The notes under the pieces are model-generated. The model was not told the origin of the DNA and ran no database searches. It worked only from the letters and a program-made list of their open reading frames with translations. From positions 4,988 to 68,987 of the forward strand of contig PQAE01000012.1 of the NCBI GenBank assembly GCA_003104935.1: a DNA stretch of 64,000 nt, in the 5' to 3' direction. The position numbers and the translations under genes are program-made. This DNA is from Parcubacteria group bacterium. GTDB lineage: Bacteria > Patescibacteriota > Patescibacteriia > UBA1558 > GWA2-36-10. Shown here piece by piece: positions 19,034 to 28,426 of this stretch (positions within the stretch are counted from its first letter, which is position 1; each line of letters opens with the position of its first letter).

Positions 19034-19282
19034 ATGGACGGATTAATGAAATTTGAGTCACCGTCATTAGAGCAGGAAACAAAGATTATTGACGGCAAAC
19101 AATATCGCCGTGTGTTAACCGGCTATACCATTAGACAATACTTTTCTCACGACACACCTGAAAAAGGACCCGGGCCGGGCTGGGACTTTCGGCGAGCAGT
19201 ATTGGAAAAATATGGAGTTGATTCGCCGGACAAATTACCCGAGGAACCTTATTATGATTGGGAGTTAATTGAGGATAATTAA
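19034..19282 (+). CDS. hypothetical protein
   Basis: 82-aa ORF in the operon context. No recognisable motif. Confidence 0.35.
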   Translation: MDGLMKFESPSLEQETKIIDGKQYRRVLTGYTIRQYFSHDTPEKGPGPGWDFRRAVLEKYGVDSPDKLPEEPYYDWELIEDN

Positions 19283-19385
19283 TTAATTTAACGCTTTTGC
19301 GAGTCGCGCTAAGCGCGACGTGGCAAACCCATCTGGGTAACCACCCCTTTCGCTACGTTCAGGGTCACGATAGCAGGGAAAATTT

Positions 19386-19652
19386 ATGTCAACAATAAGC
19401 AAAAAAATCTGGCCCGAGTACTTTAATCAGATCGTCTCGGGAAAAAAGAAGTTTGAGCTTCGCCTCAATGATTTTGAGATCAATGAGGGCGATACTTTAT
19501 CATTAGAGGAGTGGGATCCAAAAACTAGTCAATACACTGGCCGCAAAATAGAGAAAAAAGTAACTTTTGTGGCAAAATTCAAAATTGACAAATTATTCTG
19601 GCCACAGGAGGAAATAATTGAAAAGGGAATACAGATTATATCACTGGAATGA
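19386..19652 (+). CDS. ASCH / DUF3850-like small beta-barrel protein
   Basis: KKIWPEYFNQIVSGKKKFELR start is typical of DUF3850/ASCH. Confidence 0.5.
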   Translation: MSTISKKIWPEYFNQIVSGKKKFELRLNDFEINEGDTLSLEEWDPKTSQYTGRKIEKKVTFVAKFKIDKLFWPQEEIIEKGIQIISLE

Positions 19653-20157
19653 GATGATAAAGCCTCTGCCACGCCACGAGTTGAAAAAACTTTATAATTC
19701 ATTTCCCCGCAAGCGAATTGCCGCCGGAGCTTTATTTTTAAACAGAAAAGGAGAATTGTTACTAGTCAAGCCGTGCTACCGGCCTTTTTGGTCCATACCC
19801 GGCGGCGTAGCCGAAAAAGACGAGTCGCCGTTTGAAGCCTGCCAACGGGAATGCAAGGAAGAAATAAATATCCGCCCAAAGAAACTACGTCTATTATGCC
19901 TGGATTATAAAAATACTTTTGATATCAAACCCGAGAGCATGCAACTGATTTTTTATGGCGGTCGTCTTTCAATAAAACAAATATCACGAATAAAGGCAGA
20001 TCGGCGTGAAATCACTGGTCATAAATTTGTGAGTTTAAATCGGGTTTATAAAACTCTGGGCGGTAAACACAGCGATTTGGCAAAAAGGATAAAATATTGT
20101 TTTTTAGCCATCAAAAATAAAAAGGTTTATTATTTGGAAAACGGTAATCTAAAATAA
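19618..20157 (+). CDS. NUDIX hydrolase
   Basis: Nudix box GGVAEKDESPFEACQRECKEEINI. Confidence 0.65.
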   Translation: MKREYRLYHWNEMIKPLPRHELKKLYNSFPRKRIAAGALFLNRKGELLLVKPCYRPFWSIPGGVAEKDESPFEACQRECKEEINIRPKKLRLLCLDYKNTFDIKPESMQLIFYGGRLSIKQISRIKADRREITGHKFVSLNRVYKTLGGKHSDLAKRIKYCFLAIKNKKVYYLENGNLK

Positions 20158-20237
20158 TATTTATCCCGTGCAAAGCTTAACCTATTATCCTGACAACGCA
20201 AAAGAGCCATATATATTACTAACAATTAACTTCTAGT

Positions 20238-20816
20238 GTGATGAAAATCATATTTGGGATAGACAACGACAACCAAGAACGTATTTTGCACGAAATGGGT
20301 GTTGATTTTATTGTCCGGCCGACAAATTTTGTGGAGCATCCCGTGCACTATGGCGATCCCAGTCAGCAAGCCCTGGCCATGGCCAAGGCTAAAGCGCAAA
20401 GATTAGATAATGATCTTAATGAGCCGGTAGTTATATTGACCACTGCACAAGTCGTGACCTATGAGGAACATTTTCTTCATAAACCAAAAAATGAGGCAGA
20501 AGCCCGTAAACTCCTGGATAGTTACCACCGCTTGCCGGCCAAATGCTACACCGCGGTAGTAGCAATAAATGCCCAAAGTAGCCAGGAAGCCGAAGGTGTA
20601 GAGCTGGCTAAAGTTTACTTTAACCCTCTGAGTAAAGATGAAATTGACCATCTTATTAAAACCGGCGATGTTTATAATCTGGAAGGCGGATTTAATATCC
20701 GCGGGGCCGAATGGCGACGGCACATCCGGACCATTGATGGTCACCAGGACACTGTCCTGGGCCTACCCAAGGAATTAGCCCGAAGATTAATAGAACAAGT
20801 TCAGGGTCAATTATGA
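20238..20816 (+). CDS. Maf-like nucleoside triphosphate pyrophosphatase
   Basis: Size and central motifs resemble Maf/Ham1-fold NTP pyrophosphatases. The N-terminal motif is divergent. Confidence 0.45.
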   Translation: MMKIIFGIDNDNQERILHEMGVDFIVRPTNFVEHPVHYGDPSQQALAMAKAKAQRLDNDLNEPVVILTTAQVVTYEEHFLHKPKNEAEARKLLDSYHRLPAKCYTAVVAINAQSSQEAEGVELAKVYFNPLSKDEIDHLIKTGDVYNLEGGFNIRGAEWRRHIRTIDGHQDTVLGLPKELARRLIEQVQGQL

Positions 20817-21034
20817 AAATCAACCTGGGAAAATATCTCCACTACAAAGGTGATACAGTGGAGGTAATCGGCACGGCCAAGCACAGCGAAACTCTGGAAG
20901 ACTTTGTGATTTACAAACACCTGACCGGCCAGCATACTGGCGAAGTTCACTTCTGGGTGCGGCCGTTAGCAATGTTTCTTGAGGAAGTAGAGTCCGGCGG
21001 AGTTAAAGTACCGCGCTTTAAATATTTGGGATAA
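20813..21034 (+). CDS. DUF1653 family protein
   Basis: G.YLHYKGDTVEVIG...HSETLEDFVIYK...WVRPL.MF matches the DUF1653 pattern. Confidence 0.55.
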   Translation: MKINLGKYLHYKGDTVEVIGTAKHSETLEDFVIYKHLTGQHTGEVHFWVRPLAMFLEEVESGGVKVPRFKYLG

Positions 21035-21037
21035 ATT

Positions 21038-21532
21038 TTGATATTAATTTATATGGCCGGCAGACAATTACTAACCTTAATCTACATAATTAAAGATGGA
21101 AAGTTACTTTTGGGTCTAAAAAAACGCGGTTTTGGTATGGGTCGCTACAATGGCTTTGGTGGTAAGCTGGAGCCCGGTGAAACTATAGAAGAATCGGCCC
21201 AGCGCGAAATTTTTGAGGAAGCCGGAATCAATGTACTGGATCTGTGTAAGGCGGGTATTTTGGATTTTGATATACCAGCTTCTAAGCCCCCAGAAATTCA
21301 AGTCCACGTCTTTAAAGGTTCCAGGTTTTCCGGTCAGGTGACTGAGAGCGAGGAAATGCGGCCGGAGTGGTTTGATCTTGATAAGATACCCTATAAAAAA
21401 ATGTGGGCCGACGATCCTTATTGGTTTCCCTTGATGATGGCCGGTAAAAAATTTAAGGCGTACTTTGCTTTTGACACCTTAGACAAGGTCATAGCGCACA
21501 AAATTGAGGAAGTGGCAGAGTTGAATGATTAG
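21038..21532 (+). CDS. NUDIX hydrolase (MutT / 8-oxo-dGTPase-like)
   Basis: Nudix box GGKLEPGETIEESAQREIFEEAG. Confidence 0.7.
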   Translation: MILIYMAGRQLLTLIYIIKDGKLLLGLKKRGFGMGRYNGFGGKLEPGETIEESAQREIFEEAGINVLDLCKAGILDFDIPASKPPEIQVHVFKGSRFSGQVTESEEMRPEWFDLDKIPYKKMWADDPYWFPLMMAGKKFKAYFAFDTLDKVIAHKIEEVAELND

Positions 21533-21624
21533 CAAATTTGTGCTAAATTACAGGAGCTAAAAAAACGCTCCGGCGTATTATTTTACCTAAGCTTAGCGTA
21601 AAATCTGAATAAAATATTTACTCA

Positions 21625-22722
21625 ATGTTATATAATAAAATCATTAGACCTATCTTGTTCCTGATGGACGCCGAGTTTGTCCATGATCTGGTCAGCTCTA
21701 TTTTGTCGGTGGCGAATAAAAGCCGGATGATCAATAATATAATCTTTATTTTTTTTAATTTTTCTACTCCGAGAATCAAACAAAAGTTGTGCGGACTTTA
21801 TTTTCGGACGCCCATTGGGCTAGCCGGCGGTATGGATAAGAAAGCGGCCGCGCCGCTCCTATGGAGTGCCTTTGATTTTGGCTGGGCCGAGCTCGGTTCC
21901 TTTACCGCCGAACCCTGGGCCGGCAACGCGCGGCCGCGACTGTGGCGCCTGATCAAGGAACAAGGCATTATTGTTTATTCCGGCCTGCCCAATATCGGCG
22001 CCCTGGCTGTTTCAAATAAATTAACCCGAGAAATCAAGCGCTATCCCAGAAGGGGATTATGGGGTATTAGTATCGCCAAGACTCCGCGCGTCCCTCTGGA
22101 ACAGGCGGCCGAGGACTACGCCCGCAGTTTCAATATTTTAGAGCCCCTGGCTAATATCATCACTATTAACCTCAGCTGCCCCAATGTTAGCGGATTTATC
22201 GGCCTGCAGGATCCGCAAAAATTAGAACCAATCTTAAAAAAGATTACCGAGATTAACAAAAATAACAAAATAATATTTCTGAAAATCGGCAATGACTTGG
22301 ACACCAGCCAGTTGGATGATATTATCGCGCTGGTAAAAAAATACAGCATTCACGGCATTATCGCCACTAACCTGACTAAAAAAAGAGAAAAAATATCTCT
22401 GCCTTCAAAATATGCGGACAAACCCGGCGGAATTTCAGGCAAATTGATCAGCGACCGTGCCAATAAAATTATCGCCCATTTGTATCGGCAATCAGAAGGA
22501 AGATATATTGTCGTCGGTTGTGGCGGGGTTTTTACCGGCCAGGATGCTTTTACAAAGATTAAAGCCGGAGCCCAGCTTATCCAATTAGCCACCGGATTTA
22601 TTTTTGGCGGACCGGCCAGTATCAAGAAAATAAACCGCGAGCTTGATGCCGCGCTGAAACAGAATGATTTTGCGCATATTGCGGATGCCGTGGGCAGAGA
22701 AGCTTATAATTATTCGCTATGA
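21625..22722 (+). CDS. pyrD: dihydroorotate dehydrogenase-like (class 2, membrane-associated N-terminus)
   Basis: GLAGGMDK, GLPN.G, ISIAKT and NLSCPN motifs are present. 365 aa. Confidence 0.65.
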   Translation: MLYNKIIRPILFLMDAEFVHDLVSSILSVANKSRMINNIIFIFFNFSTPRIKQKLCGLYFRTPIGLAGGMDKKAAAPLLWSAFDFGWAELGSFTAEPWAGNARPRLWRLIKEQGIIVYSGLPNIGALAVSNKLTREIKRYPRRGLWGISIAKTPRVPLEQAAEDYARSFNILEPLANIITINLSCPNVSGFIGLQDPQKLEPILKKITEINKNNKIIFLKIGNDLDTSQLDDIIALVKKYSIHGIIATNLTKKREKISLPSKYADKPGGISGKLISDRANKIIAHLYRQSEGRYIVVGCGGVFTGQDAFTKIKAGAQLIQLATGFIFGGPASIKKINRELDAALKQNDFAHIADAVGREAYNYSL

Positions 22723-24227
22723 ACCAAAAATACAAAGATTACTATTCCTATCGCCTGCTGGAGATAATACCCGGACTGCTAATCTGGGCTACTTTTGTTG
22801 GTGCCGTGATTATCTCGATTCTTTCACCCATTATCGGCATCTATATTATCATAGCTTTTGATGTTTATTGGGTGCTGCGGGTAACCTATTTGACTATATT
22901 TTTAGTGATGTCTTGGTTTCAATATCAGAAAGCCAGAAGAGTATCCTGGTGGCCAAAACTTCAGGCCGATTTTTCTGGTTGGTCGGAGTACTATCACATT
23001 ATTTTTCTGCCTACGGCCGGAGAACCGCTGAGTATAGTGGAAACCACTTTTAACAATCTGGCCAATATCGTCAATTATGATAAGAAAAAAATGATTGTGG
23101 TCCTGGCCGGAGAGGAGCGCAAGACTGAGCAGTTTGCCGAGGTCACCGAAAACATCTTAGCTAAACATGAGAGTATTTTTTACAAAATACTGATCACTAC
23201 CCATCCTGATAATATTCCCGGTGAAATAGCGGGCAAGGGTTCCAATCTTTTTAATGCCGGGCACGAAGCCAAAAAATATATTGATGCCGAAAAAATTGAT
23301 TATAAAAAAATCATCGTATCTACTTTTGACATTGACACCATCACTCATCCGGATTATTTTGCCTACCTCACTTACAAATTTCTGTCCCATGCTAATCCCT
23401 ATCGCGCTAGCTTTCAGCCCATGGCTTTTTATAATAATAATATCTGGAAATCAGATGTCATCACCCGCATCGTCGCCAATTCTACCACCTTCTGGCTCCT
23501 AACTGATCTGGCCCGTCCGGCACGCTTATTTACTTTTTCTTCGCACAGTATGAGCTGGCAGGCGCTGGTGGATGTGGGTTTTTGGCAAAACAATATCGTT
23601 ACCGAGGATTCCCGCATTTTTTTACAGTGTCTGATCCACTATGACGGCGACTATCAGGTCGAACCCATGCATATACCGGTTTCCATGAACACGGTTTATG
23701 TCGGCACTTTTTGGCGTAGCATGAAAAATCAATACCGCCAAATGCGTCGCTGGGCTTACGGTGTGGAGCATTTTCCGTACATGGTCTGGCATTTTCGACT
23801 AGCAAAAAAAATGCCTCGCACTAAAAAATGGATTTATATCTGGAACCAAACAGAAGGCGTATATTCCTGGGCAACAGCGCCTTTGATCATCCTAATCATG
23901 GGCCAGTTGCCGCTTTATGTGGCGGAAAAGCAACATCTTACCACCGTCCTGACGCAAAACGCCCCGTTGATTATGGAAGCTCTGATGCGCTATGGCATGT
24001 TTGGTTTGCTAATCGTAGCTTTTTTAAGCGTGACGATCTTACCGCCCTTGCCGCCGCAAAAAAATAAATATTACAAATTTTATATTTATCCTTGGATGTT
24101 TGCCCAATGGATTATCTTTCCGGTGACGATGATCATTTTTGGATCTGTTCCGGCGGTTGATGCCCAGACCAGACTGATGTTCGGCAAATATCTCGGTTTT
24201 TGGGTCACAGAAAAAGTCAAAGAATAA
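22719..24227 (+). CDS. membrane-embedded family-2 glycosyltransferase (processive synthase-like, QxxRW motif)
   Basis: The motifs DID and TEDSRIF are present, and QYRQMRRW matches QxxRW. Multiple TM helices at both ends. Confidence 0.5.
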   Translation: MNQKYKDYYSYRLLEIIPGLLIWATFVGAVIISILSPIIGIYIIIAFDVYWVLRVTYLTIFLVMSWFQYQKARRVSWWPKLQADFSGWSEYYHIIFLPTAGEPLSIVETTFNNLANIVNYDKKKMIVVLAGEERKTEQFAEVTENILAKHESIFYKILITTHPDNIPGEIAGKGSNLFNAGHEAKKYIDAEKIDYKKIIVSTFDIDTITHPDYFAYLTYKFLSHANPYRASFQPMAFYNNNIWKSDVITRIVANSTTFWLLTDLARPARLFTFSSHSMSWQALVDVGFWQNNIVTEDSRIFLQCLIHYDGDYQVEPMHIPVSMNTVYVGTFWRSMKNQYRQMRRWAYGVEHFPYMVWHFRLAKKMPRTKKWIYIWNQTEGVYSWATAPLIILIMGQLPLYVAEKQHLTTVLTQNAPLIMEALMRYGMFGLLIVAFLSVTILPPLPPQKNKYYKFYIYPWMFAQWIIFPVTMIIFGSVPAVDAQTRLMFGKYLGFWVTEKVKE

Positions 24228-24248
24228 TTAATAATTTACTGCATAGCT

Positions 24249-25811
24249 ATGAAAAAAATGATTTTTTTATTTTCCGTGTTGCTGGCGGCCGTTTTTATTT
24301 TTCCCTCCGGCAGTCGCGCCCAGGTGACGATCACTGACGGACCCGATGCCATCCAGATTAGAAATCTCTACGCCGGCAATATCGTCGTGCTGGACGACGG
24401 CTATAAAAAGGATTATTACTATATCGAGCCCCTTACCCAGGAAAAATATTATTTCAGCGACGATGTGAGTTTGCTCAAATTGATTCGCGCTTTGGGCCAA
24501 AGCACCAACACTAAGTCGCTGGTTAATCTGCCGCAGTCCAAATCTGACAAAAATGCCAACTATAACGCCGTGCAAAAACTGCGCGGTCGTTTCCTACTAC
24601 AGACAGATAATGACAATCAGGCCTGGTATATCAACCCCTTAGACAACCTGCGTTATAAGATCGACGGCGGAAAAGACGGTCTAAAGATTGTCCGCAACTT
24701 GGCGCTCAATGTTGATAGCACAAAACTAAGTGTTTTTCCCTTGCCGAAAAAAACTAGCTTCCGCAAAAATACCGGCGACGCTGTGGATTTTGGCATGTTT
24801 TGGCAAGTGCAAAATCTTTTGAAAAAAAATTATTATCAGCCCGATAAAGTAAATGATTCGGAACTGTTTTACGGGGCCTTACAGGGAGTAGCGGCCTCAT
24901 TACAGGATCCCTACACTGTTTTTTTTACCCCTCCGGGGAGCAAAAACTTTTTGGATAACATATCCGGAGCTACCGAGGGCATCGGCGCCTATGTGGACGT
25001 AATCAATGGCCGCCTAACTATTATTGCTCCTTTAGAAAATTCACCGGCTCTGGCGGCTGGACTATTACCTAACGACCAGGTACTGACGGTCGACGATGTG
25101 GATATTAGCGGTTGGCTACTGGATAATGCCGTAGGTTTGATCAAAGGCCAGTCCGGCACCGCGGTTAAGCTGAAGATTTATCGACCAGCCAGTGACCGCA
25201 CTTTTGATGTTTCTATTGTTCGGGCCAAAATAGTCATTCCGACGATTGAAGCCAAAACCCTAAACAATAATCTGGCTTATATCAAAATTTCATCGTTTAG
25301 CCAGGATCTACCGACCTTGTTTAACCAGGCGCGGAACAAGGTCATAGGTAATGCTACCAGGGGAGTGATCATAGATTTGCGCAATAACCCCGGCGGCTAC
25401 ACCGACGCGGCCCAGATTCTAGCCGAGTCCTGGCTACCCGAAGGCGATGTTATCTTTCGCGAAAATTATAGCGATCATTCCCAAACCTATCAGGCCATCA
25501 GCAATAATGATATCAATCTGCCCACGGTCATATTGATTAACTCCGGAAGTGCCTCGGCTGCGGAGATTTTTACCTTGGCACTGAGCAAAAACGGTTTGGC
25601 ACAAACCGTCGGCGAGACCTCATTTGGTAAGGGCACCGGCCAACAGCTGGCGAACTTTCCGGACGGCTCAGCTTTAAAATATACGGTTTTTGAGTGGTTT
25701 GGCCCGCAAGATAGTTTTATTGAAGGTCAAGGTATTAAGCCGGATTATGCTGTGCAGAATACTCCGGGCAGTGACCTACAGTTAGAAAAAGCTTTGACTT
25801 TGCTAAGATAA
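24249..25811 (+). CDS. secreted C-terminal processing (S41) peptidase with PDZ domain
   Basis: Signal peptide, PDZ region, S41 motifs GSASAAEIF and GKGTGQ. Confidence 0.75.
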   Translation: MKKMIFLFSVLLAAVFIFPSGSRAQVTITDGPDAIQIRNLYAGNIVVLDDGYKKDYYYIEPLTQEKYYFSDDVSLLKLIRALGQSTNTKSLVNLPQSKSDKNANYNAVQKLRGRFLLQTDNDNQAWYINPLDNLRYKIDGGKDGLKIVRNLALNVDSTKLSVFPLPKKTSFRKNTGDAVDFGMFWQVQNLLKKNYYQPDKVNDSELFYGALQGVAASLQDPYTVFFTPPGSKNFLDNISGATEGIGAYVDVINGRLTIIAPLENSPALAAGLLPNDQVLTVDDVDISGWLLDNAVGLIKGQSGTAVKLKIYRPASDRTFDVSIVRAKIVIPTIEAKTLNNNLAYIKISSFSQDLPTLFNQARNKVIGNATRGVIIDLRNNPGGYTDAAQILAESWLPEGDVIFRENYSDHSQTYQAISNNDINLPTVILINSGSASAAEIFTLALSKNGLAQTVGETSFGKGTGQQLANFPDGSALKYTVFEWFGPQDSFIEGQGIKPDYAVQNTPGSDLQLEKALTLLR

Positions 25812-25861
25812 AATGGTCAAAAAAACCTCTCCCTGCCGGGAGAGGTTTTAACTTTCCTTAT

Positions 25862-26779
25862 TTAATTAAGATATTTTTCGTAACCGCGGATAAATTCGCC
25901 CGCCATCATGATTCTCTTGCCTTCAGGTTGGATTTCCAGGATTTCTAAACTGCCGTCATCAGTACCGACAAAAAAATGATTATTTTCTACAGCAAACTGC
26001 GCCGGCCTAAGCTCTTGATCTGATAATTTGGTCTTAATGAGCTTAATCTTTATACCGTTGAGATCGGTATAAACTGATGGCCAAGGATTGTAGGCCCGGA
26101 CTTTATTATGAATTTTTAGGGCGCTATCTTGCCAGGAAATATCGCCGTCTTCCTTTTTAATCAATTTACAGAAAGTAGCCGCACGATCATCTTGCGATTT
26201 GCCAGCCAGACCACCATCCAAATAGCTGATGATACTGCCGGCTAAAATTTTACCTCCGACGATGGCCAGCTTGGCGGAGAGAGATTCAAAATTATCTTCC
26301 GAACTGATATCTATATTTTGCTGAGCTAAAATAGGACCATGATCCATATGATCATCTAATTGGATTAGGGTCACCGCAGTTTCCTTTAAACCATCGGCTA
26401 AAGCGGTCTGAATAGGGGAGGGGCCGCGTAAAACTGGCAAAGCACTGGGATGAATATTAATGGCGCATAACTCCGATAAATCCAAAATCTCCTGTGGAAT
26501 AATCTTGCCATAAGCCACAATCACAAAAGTAGCCGGTAAATATTTTTTCAGCGCAAACACAAAATCTTCATCCAATCTTTCCGGGCAGAGAATCGGTAAA
26601 GAATAAATCGAGGCGGTTTTTTTTACCGGCGAACTACTTATTTTTTGCCGGCGTCCGGAAGGACGATCCGGCTGCGTAACCACAGCTTTTACCAAACCGA
26701 GAGCTAAGAGTATACGAAAGCTGGGAATCGCGAAGTCGGGCGTGCCCCAAAAAATTATTTTCTTATTGCTGACTGCCAT
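25862..26779 (-). CDS. fmt: methionyl-tRNA formyltransferase
   Basis: IIFWGTPDFA N-terminus. Formyltransferase fold plus C-terminal domain. Confidence 0.85.
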   Translation of the reverse strand: MAVSNKKIIFWGTPDFAIPSFRILLALGLVKAVVTQPDRPSGRRQKISSSPVKKTASIYSLPILCPERLDEDFVFALKKYLPATFVIVAYGKIIPQEILDLSELCAINIHPSALPVLRGPSPIQTALADGLKETAVTLIQLDDHMDHGPILAQQNIDISSEDNFESLSAKLAIVGGKILAGSIISYLDGGLAGKSQDDRAATFCKLIKKEDGDISWQDSALKIHNKVRAYNPWPSVYTDLNGIKIKLIKTKLSDQELRPAQFAVENNHFFVGTDDGSLEILEIQPEGKRIMMAGEFIRGYEKYLN

Positions 26780-27257
26780 TTCTTATTTTATCTAAAATAT
26801 CCCGCCCTTGCGTTATTTTTTCCGCCCGATCGATAAATAATACTCCCTGAAGATGGTCAATCTCATGTTGTAACACTACCGCCAACATGCCTTTTATTTT
26901 TTCACTGCATCTCTGACCGTCCAGATTCTGGTAATTCAAGTGTATTTTTTTTGGTCTTTTTACTAAACCGAAAATGCCTGGCAAGGACAAACAGCCCTCA
27001 TCGGTGGTAGTCAGGTCAGTAGAGCTAAAGGTGATCTCTGGATTAACATAGGCCTGATATGATTTTTTATCCGCTTTACCTACCACCACTAATCTAATGG
27101 TTTTACTAACCTGAGGAGCAGCTAGGCCGATACCATCATCAGCATACATGATTTCAGCCATATCGCTAGCTAATTTCCTTAATTCAGCATCAAACCGACT
27201 GACTTCATCAGCCTTTTTTCTCAATATTTCCTGAGGATATTTAGCAATTGTCAGCAT
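26763..27257 (-). CDS. def: peptide deformylase
   Basis: GIGLAAPQV, CLSLPG and HEIDHLQG motifs. Confidence 0.85.
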   Translation of the reverse strand: MLTIAKYPQEILRKKADEVSRFDAELRKLASDMAEIMYADDGIGLAAPQVSKTIRLVVVGKADKKSYQAYVNPEITFSSTDLTTTDEGCLSLPGIFGLVKRPKKIHLNYQNLDGQRCSEKIKGMLAVVLQHEIDHLQGVLFIDRAEKITQGRDILDKIRNGSQQ

Positions 27258-27330
27258 AATATTTATACTATAACAATTTGTGTATAATTTGTCAATAATT
27301 ATATCCCGTTTTTTTTGCTATAATACAAAC

Positions 27331-27594
27331 ATGGCAGGAAACAGCAATTTCCAAAAAATAGGTGACCTTTTTCAGGGTCCTTCAGGTCCAAAACCGCCGG
27401 CCTACCAATGGCAGGATTTGGCTTTAAAAATAATCGCTGATTTAAACGTGCCAAATTATAAAAGAAACTCCGTTTTTAAAATCTGCAAGGAAAATAGCCG
27501 GGAGCTTGTAGAAAAATGCCTGGACGACACCAAGGAATTAGCCACGGGCGAGAGTTGGAAATATTTTTTTAAACTTGCCGCTAAGAAAAAATAA
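27331..27594 (+). CDS. small hypothetical protein (87 aa), probably a leaderless mRNA
   Basis: TATAAT lies 6 nt upstream of the ATG at 27331, with an extended -10 TGTGTATAAT further upstream. No RBS. Confidence 0.4.
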   Translation: MAGNSNFQKIGDLFQGPSGPKPPAYQWQDLALKIIADLNVPNYKRNSVFKICKENSRELVEKCLDDTKELATGESWKYFFKLAAKKK

Positions 27595-27634
27595 TTAAAC
27601 AAAAAAAACATCCCACCCGACAAGATGTTTTTTA

Positions 27635-28426
27635 TTAGCGATGTAATATAATATTTTCCGTCAGATAACCGATGCCAAAAGGGGACTGATAGGCTAATTC
27701 TTCAGACTGCCAATTAAAATCCTGAATAAGCCCCAGTAGTACCAACAAAGAACGGTACCCGCACTCTCCGGCCTCACGCACTAAAGACTCGTCGATGTTA
27801 ATGATCTCTGCCGTCTTATTTTCCTGCAACAGGCGGCGAATATTTTGATCAAACTCTTGTGCCCGGACAGAAAAACCGGCCGGAGAATCCTTATGTAAAC
27901 GATGCGACAGGTCACCCGAGGCAATCACAGCGATGCGCTCGCTAGACGACTCTACAATCTCCTTGACTGCTTGGCCAAAGCGCACGTGGTCATGGCGGGA
28001 AAGATTGGAAACGCTGGCGGCGACAATTTTAGTTTCCTTTAAATTTTTCAATAGATAGTACAGTGGCACGGCGGTTCCGTAATCTATCACCTCGTTGGCC
28101 ACCAATGTCAGGGGTAAACTGGTTTCGCAAGACTCCTTTATTTTATAGCCTAGAGACAAATCGTTTTTAAAACTAAGATTTGTTACCAGATCTCCGAAAT
28201 CCTTAAAATTTGTCCGTAAAATAGGGCTCTGATTTATAGTAAAATTGCGGTCACGTTCGGTAGCATGAGGACTGATGATAAACACAGTGCCTGGCTGACT
28301 GGCATAAAGCTCATCGGCCAGGTGCTGATAAGCGCGCACCGTGGCTTCCAGCAACGCAAAATGTTCCCGACCTATCTCCGGGATAAGCAGGGGTGGGTGG
28401 GGCACTAAACTGGCAAAAGTAATCAT
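27635..28426 (-). CDS. MEMO1 / class III extradiol dioxygenase subunit B-like family protein
   Basis: VPHPPLLIP and GDLSH motifs. Start taken at the internal ATG that overlaps the upstream gene's stop. Confidence 0.45.
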   Translation of the reverse strand: MITFASLVPHPPLLIPEIGREHFALLEATVRAYQHLADELYASQPGTVFIISPHATERDRNFTINQSPILRTNFKDFGDLVTNLSFKNDLSLGYKIKESCETSLPLTLVANEVIDYGTAVPLYYLLKNLKETKIVAASVSNLSRHDHVRFGQAVKEIVESSSERIAVIASGDLSHRLHKDSPAGFSVRAQEFDQNIRRLLQENKTAEIINIDESLVREAGECGYRSLLVLLGLIQDFNWQSEELAYQSPFGIGYLTENIILHR

